Assembly (NCBI GenBank): GCA_024405115.1 | Contig: JAKSPD010000006.1 | Coordinates: 24,275 to 88,274, forward strand | Origin: Lachnospiraceae bacterium | GTDB lineage: Bacteria; Bacillota; Clostridia; Lachnospirales; Lachnospiraceae | DNA length: 64,000 nucleotides | Reading direction: 5' to 3' | In this document: one piece after another, positions 56,652-64,000 of the stretch | Numbering within the stretch: the stretch's first letter is position 1 | How the letters are laid out: each line of letters opens with the position of its first letter | Position numbers and translations under genes: made by a program | Notes under the pieces: generated by a model | Told to the model about the DNA's origin: nothing | Seen by the model: the letters and a program-made list of their open reading frames with translations, nothing else | Databases searched by the model: none

Positions 56652-58208
56652 ATGAAAAAGTTCACAAAGCTTGCAGCTGTGCTTATGGCTATGGCTATGG
56701 TTATCGGACTCGTTGGATGTTCAGATGGCGCAGCACCCGCAGCAACAGAAGCACCCGCAGCAACAGAAGCAGCAACAGAGGCAGCTAAGGAAAGCAAGAC
56801 CCTCACAATTGTAAACGGTAATGACCTTGATGAGTTCAACCCGTTCACGAACCAGCAGACAGCGTACATCACATTCTTTGCATTTAACTGCTATGAGCCG
56901 TTATTCCATCTGAATGAGAACATGGAATATGAAATGGACCTTGCAACAAATGTTGAGCAGAAGGATGATACCACAATTGTTATTACTACCAGAGAGAATG
57001 TAAAATTCCATAATGGTCAGACATTTGGTCCCGAAGATGTAGTATATACAATTCAGAAGACACTGGATCCTGCAGTAAGCGCTTGGAGAATCACACAGTA
57101 CGAAATCGTTGATTCTATTGAAGCCACAGGTGCAAACGAAGTTACCATTAAGCTTAAGAATGCATCACCCGCATTCCTTGATAACCTTGCTTATACTCCT
57201 ATCGTCTGCAAGGAAGATGATCCCGCACAGATGGCTCAGAAGGTTAACGGAACCGGTGCTTACAAGTTTGTAAGCTGGACTCCCAACGACAGCATTAATC
57301 TTGAAAAGTTTGCAGATTACTGGGATGCAGATAAGATTAACTTTGATGCCCTTGTAATCAAGCCCATTCCGGATGCATCAGTAGCTATCACAAACCTTGA
57401 AACAGGAGCTGTAGATCTTTACAACAGCATTACTGTGGAAGCAGCTGACACCATTGAGAGCAAGGCTGGTCTTAAGGTTATTTCAGCTAAGGCATCTAAT
57501 ACAGTTGACCTTTTCGAAATTGGACGTCATAACTTTGAGCCGTTCAGCGATCCTGAAGTATTAAGAGCAATGTTCCTTGCACTTGACAGACAGACCATCA
57601 ACGATTCTGTATATGGCGGCAAGGGTAAGCCCACCACATCAATGTATCCTAGCGCAACAAAGTATCATATTGATTCCGATAATGAAGGATATGATATTGA
57701 AAAGGCTAAGGAAGTTCTTGCAGCAACACCTTATAAGGATGGATTTGAGTTTGATCTTGAAGTTCTTGCAGGATACTCAGCAGCAGAGCAGGAAGCTATC
57801 ATCTGGCAGGCAGACCTTGCTAAGCTTGGAATCAAGATGAATGTTAAGGTTGAAGAGATGTCAGTATGGCTTGATGCATATCTTAACAGAACATATCAGA
57901 TGATCTGGAACTCTTATGGCATGGTAGGTTCAGATCCCGCAACATTCAACTCAATCATTATTTCACAGCTCTTTGATTACCAGGCAAAGGATATTCCTGA
58001 ACTCGAAGATCTCGTAGCAGCAGGCGCATCAACAAGTGATGATGCAGTACGTAAGGAAGCATACGAGAAGATTCAGAAGATCGTTGCTGAGTACCGTCCT
58101 GTTTGCCCGTTCGTGGAGGCTCCCCTTCTTTACGGCGCAACAGAGTCACTTACAGGTCTTGAAATCAATGGTATGGGACATATGTTCCTCAAGAACGTTG
58201 ACAAGTAA
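56652..58208 (+). CDS. ABC transporter substrate-binding lipoprotein, family 5 (peptide/nickel type)
   Basis: Signal peptide with lipobox LVGCSDG, then an Ala/Thr/Glu-rich linker and the SBP_bac_5 fold. Confidence 0.85.
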   Translation: MKKFTKLAAVLMAMAMVIGLVGCSDGAAPAATEAPAATEAATEAAKESKTLTIVNGNDLDEFNPFTNQQTAYITFFAFNCYEPLFHLNENMEYEMDLATNVEQKDDTTIVITTRENVKFHNGQTFGPEDVVYTIQKTLDPAVSAWRITQYEIVDSIEATGANEVTIKLKNASPAFLDNLAYTPIVCKEDDPAQMAQKVNGTGAYKFVSWTPNDSINLEKFADYWDADKINFDALVIKPIPDASVAITNLETGAVDLYNSITVEAADTIESKAGLKVISAKASNTVDLFEIGRHNFEPFSDPEVLRAMFLALDRQTINDSVYGGKGKPTTSMYPSATKYHIDSDNEGYDIEKAKEVLAATPYKDGFEFDLEVLAGYSAAEQEAIIWQADLAKLGIKMNVKVEEMSVWLDAYLNRTYQMIWNSYGMVGSDPATFNSIIISQLFDYQAKDIPELEDLVAAGASTSDDAVRKEAYEKIQKIVAEYRPVCPFVEAPLLYGATESLTGLEINGMGHMFLKNVDK

Positions 58209-58283
58209 TTTAAGTAAATCGTTTTAAAACAGTTGTTACGTGCTGGCGGCAGTTTACTGCCGCCAGTATATTGAGAAACGGAG

Positions 58284-59258
58284 GTGCCCGTTTTGCGAAG
58301 CGCAAATGTCATCAAGTATATCTTAAAGCGCCTTTTAATGGCTGTATTCGTACTGTTGCTTGTTACGGTAATAGTATTCGTGGCAGTCAGACTGGCGCCA
58401 GGCGATCCCGTCCAGGCTAAGATAGGCCCGCACGGAGACTATTCCCCGGAAAATGTTGCCAGGGTAAGTGCTGCACTTGGACTGGATAAACCTATTTATG
58501 TTCAGTATCTTGTATGGGTTAGGGACTGCCTTAAGGGCAGCTTTGGCTATTCATTAATAAATGGTGCGGACGTGGGACAGCTCATAGCCCAGAAGATTCC
58601 TGTAAGTATGGAACTCATTCTTGTTGCCATGGTACTGGCCCTGCTTATTTCGATTCCGCTTGGTGTTTATTCCGCACTAAAAAAGGGTTCTGTTTTTGAC
58701 CAGGTAGTCAGTGTCATTTCCACAGGACTTCTTGCAGTACCTACATTCTGTGTAGGATTGCTTCTTTTAATTCTGATATCCGTTAAATTAAGGCTTCTTC
58801 CTTCCAGCGGATACGTTCCGTTCAGTGAAAATCCCGGACAGAATCTGAAGTTGTTAATTATGCCTGCTCTCACGCTTGGACTTGCTGAACAGGCTTCACT
58901 TACCAGATATATACGTTCAGAAACAATAGAAGTATTAAACTCAAACTATATCAGGACAGCCCGTGCCAAAGGTCTTCCTGTAAAAGTGGTTAATTTCAAG
59001 CATGCGTTCAAAAACGTACTCGTAACGGTTATTACGCTCGTGGGTATGAGATTTGCGCAGCTTTTCGGCGGTACTGTCATTATTGAACAGCTGTTTGGCT
59101 GGTCAGGACTCGGATGGTTTACATATCAGTCAATCATCAGCCGTGACTATCCCGCCGTTCAGGCATCGGTTCTGCTGGTCGCCGTGATATTCGTTGTGGT
59201 CAACATGCTGGTTGACATTCTTTATGCGGTTATTGACCCGCGTATCAAACTTGAGTGA
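58284..59258 (+). CDS. ABC transporter permease (DppB-like)
   Basis: BPD_transp_1 with RTARAKGLPVKVVNFKHAFKNVLV. The start codon is uncertain. Confidence 0.8.
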   Translation: MPVLRSANVIKYILKRLLMAVFVLLLVTVIVFVAVRLAPGDPVQAKIGPHGDYSPENVARVSAALGLDKPIYVQYLVWVRDCLKGSFGYSLINGADVGQLIAQKIPVSMELILVAMVLALLISIPLGVYSALKKGSVFDQVVSVISTGLLAVPTFCVGLLLLILISVKLRLLPSSGYVPFSENPGQNLKLLIMPALTLGLAEQASLTRYIRSETIEVLNSNYIRTARAKGLPVKVVNFKHAFKNVLVTVITLVGMRFAQLFGGTVIIEQLFGWSGLGWFTYQSIISRDYPAVQASVLLVAVIFVVVNMLVDILYAVIDPRIKLE

Positions 59259-59271
59259 CGGGGGTGAAGAT

Positions 59272-60090
59272 ATGAAGATTCGTAAAGTTAAATTCACGAC
59301 CGTATTCGCACTTGCAATATTGTTTGTAGTTCTTTTAATGACATTTTTCCCGTCTATTTTTACGAGCTATGATCCTCTTGCCGTGGAACCAAAGATCAAG
59401 CTTCAGGGACCGAGCCCGGAGCATTTCCTGGGCGTTGACGAGTACGGAAGGGATATATGGTGCAGACTTGTCTATGGTGCACGTCCAAGTATAGAGGTTG
59501 GATTTGGTTCGGCACTCCTTGCCATGCTGGTGGGAGTTCCGCTTGGACTTATCGCAGGTTATTTCGGCGGATGGGTTGACAACGTGATCATGAGGATTAT
59601 GGACGCGTTCCTTTCATTCCCGTCAGTTCTTCTTGCAATTCTGCTCATTACGGTATTTGACCCGTCTGTTAAGACGCTTATATTTACTATCACGATTGTA
59701 AGTTTCCCGGCGTACGGACGAATAGTTCGAAGCTCCGTACTTTCGTTAAAGGAGAGGGATTTCACTGAAGCGGCCAGGGCATCGGGTGCAAAGCCGTCCT
59801 ACATAATGTTCAGGACGATCCTTCCTAACTGTGCTTCCGGCATAATTGTCCAGTTCTCACTGTTTGCGGCTTCAGCAATCCTTATCGAGGCCAGCATGAG
59901 CTTCCTCGGACTTGGAATTCAGCCGCCCACACCGGCATGGGGCTCAATGCTTTCATATGCCAAGGCTTATATCGGTAAATCAATGCTGTACATTCTTACG
60001 CCCACGATCATGATTTTCCTTACAGTATTAAGCATTAACCTTTTAGGTGATGCGTTAAGGGAATGGCTTGATCCCACAAGGCTTAAGTAA
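59272..60090 (+). CDS. ABC transporter permease (DppC-like)
   Basis: Start ATG 59272 (RBS GGGGGTGAAG). EAA-loop region AARASGAKPSYIMFRTILPN. Confidence 0.8.
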   Translation: MKIRKVKFTTVFALAILFVVLLMTFFPSIFTSYDPLAVEPKIKLQGPSPEHFLGVDEYGRDIWCRLVYGARPSIEVGFGSALLAMLVGVPLGLIAGYFGGWVDNVIMRIMDAFLSFPSVLLAILLITVFDPSVKTLIFTITIVSFPAYGRIVRSSVLSLKERDFTEAARASGAKPSYIMFRTILPNCASGIIVQFSLFAASAILIEASMSFLGLGIQPPTPAWGSMLSYAKAYIGKSMLYILTPTIMIFLTVLSINLLGDALREWLDPTRLK

Positions 60091-60100
60091 AGGAGGAAAT

Positions 60101-61075
60101 ATGTCAGAAAAAGTTCTTGAAGTAAAAAATCTTGAGACACATTTCTTCTCAAGCCGTGGCGTGGCAAAGGCCGTTGACAGGGTAAGCTACAGTGTTTCAA
60201 AAGGAGAGATACTCGGAGTGGTTGGAGAGTCGGGTTGCGGTAAATCCGTAACGGCACTTTCCATACTTCAGCTGATTCAGTCACCTCCGGGAAAAATCGT
60301 TGGAGGGGAAATACTGCTTGACGGCAGGGACCTTCTGAAGCTTTCAAAAAAGGAAATGGAAGCAGTCCGTGGTAATAAGATTTCCATGATCTTCCAGGAA
60401 CCCATGACGTCACTTAACCCGCTTCTTACGGTGGGTGACCAGATCATGGAACCGATCAGGCTTCACAGGGGCCTTGGGAAGAAGGAAGCCAAGACGGAGG
60501 CAATCCGTATGCTTGAAGCCGTGGGAATTCCAAATGCTGAAAAACGTTTCCATGAGTATCCAAACTCCATGTCCGGCGGCATGAGGCAGAGGGTAATGAT
60601 AGCCATGGCGCTTTCATGCCGTCCTGAGGTGCTTATCGCAGATGAACCCACCACCGCCCTTGACGTGACAATACAGGCGCAGATACTTGACCTGATGCTG
60701 AAGCTCAGGGATGAAACCGGAACTGCAATAATAATGATTACCCATGACCTTGGAGTAGTGGCTGAAATGTGTGACAGGGCTGCAGTTATGTACTGTGGTT
60801 CAGTTGTTGAGCAGGGACCGGTAAAGGAAATCTTCAAAAATCCTGTTCATCCTTACACCAAGGGACTTATTGCATCTATTCCAAAGTTATCCGATGAACA
60901 TGAAAAGCTTTTCAATATCCGTGGAGCTGTTCCCAATCTCCGTAATCTTCCCGAAGGCTGCCGGTTTGCCGACAGATGTGATTACTGTATGGAAAAGTGC
61001 AGGAAAGCCATACCGGAAATTACCACGGTATCTGAAGGTCATGAGGTCAGATGCTTTCTGAATGGGGGTGAATGA
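60101..61075 (+). CDS. ABC transporter ATP-binding protein (DppD-like)
   Basis: Start ATG 60101 (RBS AAGGAGG). Walker A GESGCGKSV, signature MSGGMRQR, Walker B LIADEPTTALD. Confidence 0.9.
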   Translation: MSEKVLEVKNLETHFFSSRGVAKAVDRVSYSVSKGEILGVVGESGCGKSVTALSILQLIQSPPGKIVGGEILLDGRDLLKLSKKEMEAVRGNKISMIFQEPMTSLNPLLTVGDQIMEPIRLHRGLGKKEAKTEAIRMLEAVGIPNAEKRFHEYPNSMSGGMRQRVMIAMALSCRPEVLIADEPTTALDVTIQAQILDLMLKLRDETGTAIIMITHDLGVVAEMCDRAAVMYCGSVVEQGPVKEIFKNPVHPYTKGLIASIPKLSDEHEKLFNIRGAVPNLRNLPEGCRFADRCDYCMEKCRKAIPEITTVSEGHEVRCFLNGGE

Positions 61076-61076
61076 A

Positions 61077-62066
61077 ATGCCTGAGAAAAAAGTACTGATA
61101 CATGCAGATGGTGTAAAAAAGTATTTTCCTTCTTCAGAGGGATTTAAAACGAAATATGTAAAAGCTGTTGACAATGTTTCGCTTGATGTTTACAAAGGAG
61201 AGACATTAGGACTGGTAGGCGAGTCCGGATGTGGAAAATCGACATTTGGAAGATGCCTTTTGAGGCTTTTTGACATTACCGGAGGAACAATAGAGTTTAA
61301 CGGAAAGGATATTTATGCAATGTCCCCCAACGACCTTATTAAAGAGCGAAGGAACATGCAGCTTATTTTCCAGGACCCGCTCGCCTCCCTTAACCCGAGA
61401 CTGCGCATCAGGCAGATTGTTGAGGAACCTCTTCATTTCCATAAGGAACAGCTGGATTTTGATATCAACGATAAGGCAAAGGTCCGCGAAGTTGTTGATA
61501 AGACCCTTCGTGATGTCGGACTTGATCCGGATCTCTGCGCTGACAGGTATCCGCATGAGTTTTCAGGCGGACAGCAGCAGAGGGTTGGAATCGCGAGGGC
61601 ACTTATTTTAAAGCCCGATTTCATCGTATGTGATGAGGCGGTATCGGCGTTAGACGTATCCGTTCAGGCACAGGTGCTTAATCTGCTTGAGGAACTCAAA
61701 AAGGAATATGACCTTACTTACCTGTTCATATCGCATAACCTTTCCGTAATCAAGCATGTATGCGACAGGATTGCCGTAATGTATCTGGGACAGGTGGTGG
61801 AGCTTGCAGACCGTGACGTACTGTTCAGCAATCCGCAGCATCCATACACCAAGGCGCTCATTTCAGCCATTCCCATTCCGGACCCTGAAAAGAAGAGAAA
61901 CAGGATTCTCCTCGAAGGAGACATTCCCAGTCCAATGAACCCGCCTTCAGGCTGCCGCTTCCATACGAGATGCTACGAGTGCGGAGAAAACTGCGGGTGT
62001 TCGGAGCCCTCCATGATTGAGGTAGAACCCGGACATTTCGTTGCATGCCATAAGTTTGACAAATAA
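61077..62066 (+). CDS. ABC transporter ATP-binding protein (DppF-like)
   Basis: Walker A GESGCGKST, signature FSGGQQQR, Walker B IVCDEAVSALD. Confidence 0.9.
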   Translation: MPEKKVLIHADGVKKYFPSSEGFKTKYVKAVDNVSLDVYKGETLGLVGESGCGKSTFGRCLLRLFDITGGTIEFNGKDIYAMSPNDLIKERRNMQLIFQDPLASLNPRLRIRQIVEEPLHFHKEQLDFDINDKAKVREVVDKTLRDVGLDPDLCADRYPHEFSGGQQQRVGIARALILKPDFIVCDEAVSALDVSVQAQVLNLLEELKKEYDLTYLFISHNLSVIKHVCDRIAVMYLGQVVELADRDVLFSNPQHPYTKALISAIPIPDPEKKRNRILLEGDIPSPMNPPSGCRFHTRCYECGENCGCSEPSMIEVEPGHFVACHKFDK

Positions 62067-62077
62067 GAAAAAATGTA

Positions 62078-63331
62078 ATGGACAAAAAAGAGCTGCTTCA
62101 ATTCATTGATGACCGTAAGGATGATCTTTTTAAGACCCTTTGTGATCTTATAAAGATTGAGTCAGTAAACTACGGGTCTCATGGAGACGAAAAGGAAATT
62201 GCGGAATACCTTGGTGCCGAATATGAAAAGTACGGTTTTAAGGGAGAAGTATATTCACCTTTAAGTATTGAGGGAATCGAGAACCATCCTGATTACTATC
62301 CCGGAAGACACCTTGAAAACAGGTACAACGCTTCCGTGACTGTTCCCGGAACATGCCATGACAAGCGGCTCATGCTGGCGGCACACATTGATACGGAAAT
62401 ACTTGGCGACCGCTCTACATGGACGATGGAACCGCTTTGCGGGGACATTCATGACGGAAGTATCTGGGGAAGAGGGGCAGGTGACGACAAGTCAGGAGTG
62501 GCTGTTGCATGGTTCCTTATCAGGATTTTTAAGGAGGCAGGCATAGAGCTTCCTTATGACCTTGTATTCACGGCATACTGTGACGAGGAAGGTGGTGGCG
62601 GAAACGGCACTCTTGCAGCCTGTCTAAAGTATCCAAGTGACGATGTCCTTAACCTTGACTGCGAACATATGCAGATAGTGTCAGGCGGCGCCGGCGGTGC
62701 CTGCCTGGCGGCAGATTTTGTGACTAAGGAACCCGTAGACACAAGTGAAATCATGCTTACCGCATTCAGCATTTATGCCGAGGAGATGGCTAAATTCAGG
62801 CAGCGCAGGCATGACGAGCTTATGGAATACCCGAGATTTGCGAGAAGCACCATTCCGGATGAGGCATATCGTATCCAGGACATAATGGCCGGTGGAACGC
62901 TTTCCCTTAACAGGGGAAGAATCAACTCATGCTTCTATACCACAAAGAGCGAGAAGGAAATCAATAAGGAGTTTGCGGAAATAACAGACACCCTTAACGA
63001 ACGCCTTGATTCTTATGGAGTAATTTTCGAAGGTTTCAGGTTCACTACAAGGTTCTTCAGGTTTGCAGAGGTACCCGAGGATAACACGTCGGTTGAACTT
63101 TTAAAGAAGGCATACAGGGAAGTTACCGGAAGGGAACAGGAGGATGTAGGTTCCTGTCTTTCAGACCTTACCATATATATGCACAACTGCACCAAAAACT
63201 CGGTATGCTTCGGAGTCGGCGGAGGCTTTGGAGAATACGGTGGGGCACATCAGCCTGATGAACATATCGGATGCGATGAATTACTTGAGTTTGCAAAGAT
63301 CCTTGCTTCCTTCATGATGGATTACAGGTAA
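62078..63331 (+). CDS. M20-family metallopeptidase (ArgE/DapE/dipeptidase-like)
   Basis: 417 aa. Metal-binding blocks AAHIDTE and GRGAGDDKSG, catalytic DEEGGG, and a C-terminal H-containing block. Confidence 0.7.
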   Translation: MDKKELLQFIDDRKDDLFKTLCDLIKIESVNYGSHGDEKEIAEYLGAEYEKYGFKGEVYSPLSIEGIENHPDYYPGRHLENRYNASVTVPGTCHDKRLMLAAHIDTEILGDRSTWTMEPLCGDIHDGSIWGRGAGDDKSGVAVAWFLIRIFKEAGIELPYDLVFTAYCDEEGGGGNGTLAACLKYPSDDVLNLDCEHMQIVSGGAGGACLAADFVTKEPVDTSEIMLTAFSIYAEEMAKFRQRRHDELMEYPRFARSTIPDEAYRIQDIMAGGTLSLNRGRINSCFYTTKSEKEINKEFAEITDTLNERLDSYGVIFEGFRFTTRFFRFAEVPEDNTSVELLKKAYREVTGREQEDVGSCLSDLTIYMHNCTKNSVCFGVGGGFGEYGGAHQPDEHIGCDELLEFAKILASFMMDYR

Positions 63332-63339
63332 ATAACGAA

Positions 63340-63810
63340 ATGCGCTTTATTCCAGGGAAAATAGAAGATTACGACGTCTGTGCCGATATCTACAGGAATA
63401 CCATGCTTATGGAAAGATATTCCGAGGGGGAGGACCGGGAAGAGGTTCTTAAGGATGCCCTTATTAAATATCTGGTAGAGGATAAGACAATTCTGGCGGT
63501 GGATGACAGCGGAAGGGTTGCAGGATTCCTTATGTATTCATATAAAGGAATGTACGGGTCATTACCATATATAGCGGAACTTGGCGTGGATGAGGCGTTA
63601 CGCGGGAAGGGCATCGGAACCGCACTTCTGAGGGAGTTTATCAGAAGGTGCGTGGAAAAAGATGCACCCGTCTGTTTTATCAGCGTGTCTTCCTTTAATC
63701 CAGGCGCAAAGGCCCTTTATGAAAAGGAAGGCTTCAGGGAACTGACAGTGATTAAGGATTTCCTGAAAGAAGGCATAGATGAATGCCTCATGATGAAGAG
63801 ATTAAAATAA
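63340..63810 (+). CDS. GNAT-family N-acetyltransferase
   Basis: 156 aa. Acetyl-CoA-binding motif LRGKGIGTALL. Confidence 0.8.
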   Translation: MRFIPGKIEDYDVCADIYRNTMLMERYSEGEDREEVLKDALIKYLVEDKTILAVDDSGRVAGFLMYSYKGMYGSLPYIAELGVDEALRGKGIGTALLREFIRRCVEKDAPVCFISVSSFNPGAKALYEKEGFRELTVIKDFLKEGIDECLMMKRLK

Positions 63811-63879
63811 TCAAGTGGTACCTTTTCAGGCGCGGACTTTTGTGGTCACTTGTAAAAGTTAATTCCACTTTGTAAGATT

Positions 63880-63927
63880 AAATTCCACCTTGTAGGAGGA
63901 AATTCTATGGGGTGGAATTTTTTTGTT
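63880..63927 (+). terminator. Intrinsic terminator after the GNAT gene
   Basis: AAATTCCACC…GGTGGAATTT stem followed by TTTTTTGTT. Confidence 0.6.
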
Positions 63928-64000
63928 CTGAAAAAGGTGGTTTTTTATCCTGAGTTTTACAGCAGAATAGAGTAAAAAGTGCCCTGAGAGCCTTATTTTA

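Overview
64-kb chromosomal window from a low-GC Gram-positive (Clostridia/Lachnospiraceae-like) genome, dominated by transport and catabolic functions.

**Gene content, in order:**
- A cobalamin-riboswitch-controlled B12 uptake and nucleotide-loop operon (btuF/C/D-like, cobT, cobU, cobS), followed by a short CobU-like paralog.
- A MacB/FtsX-type ABC exporter operon with a large membrane-anchored repeat protein.
- cysK, an NCS2 purine permease, a deoxyinosine DNA glycosylase and asparaginase.
- Three separate family-5 (Opp/Dpp-like) peptide ABC transporter sets, two paralogous NagA-like amidohydrolases, two paralogous DMT-like permeases, and a membrane-anchored AraC regulator.
- A flotillin homologue.
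- A divergent glycyl-radical enzyme operon (GRE, activase, SDR reductase, ROK regulator) beside a cyclase, peptide ABC transporter, M20 peptidase and GNAT.

**Most notable non-coding signal:** a roughly 280-bp intergenic element present twice (7142-7422 and 28261-28536). It is built from alternating-orientation GGGAC-containing half-sites and two 26-bp palindromes at identical relative offsets in both copies, while the spacer sequence has diverged.

**Other non-coding and decay features:**
- Several other intergenic motif arrays: a 13-bp tandem repeat, a TTGTAATAA array, 33-bp tandem repeats carrying TATAAT hexamers, and AraC-type direct repeats.
- Three gene-decay scars: a glyA 5' fragment joined to a frameshifted M19 dipeptidase remnant, an M20 amidohydrolase 3' remnant, and a frameshifted DUF3089-like lipoprotein remnant.

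No rRNA, tRNA, CRISPR or obvious transposase was detected.
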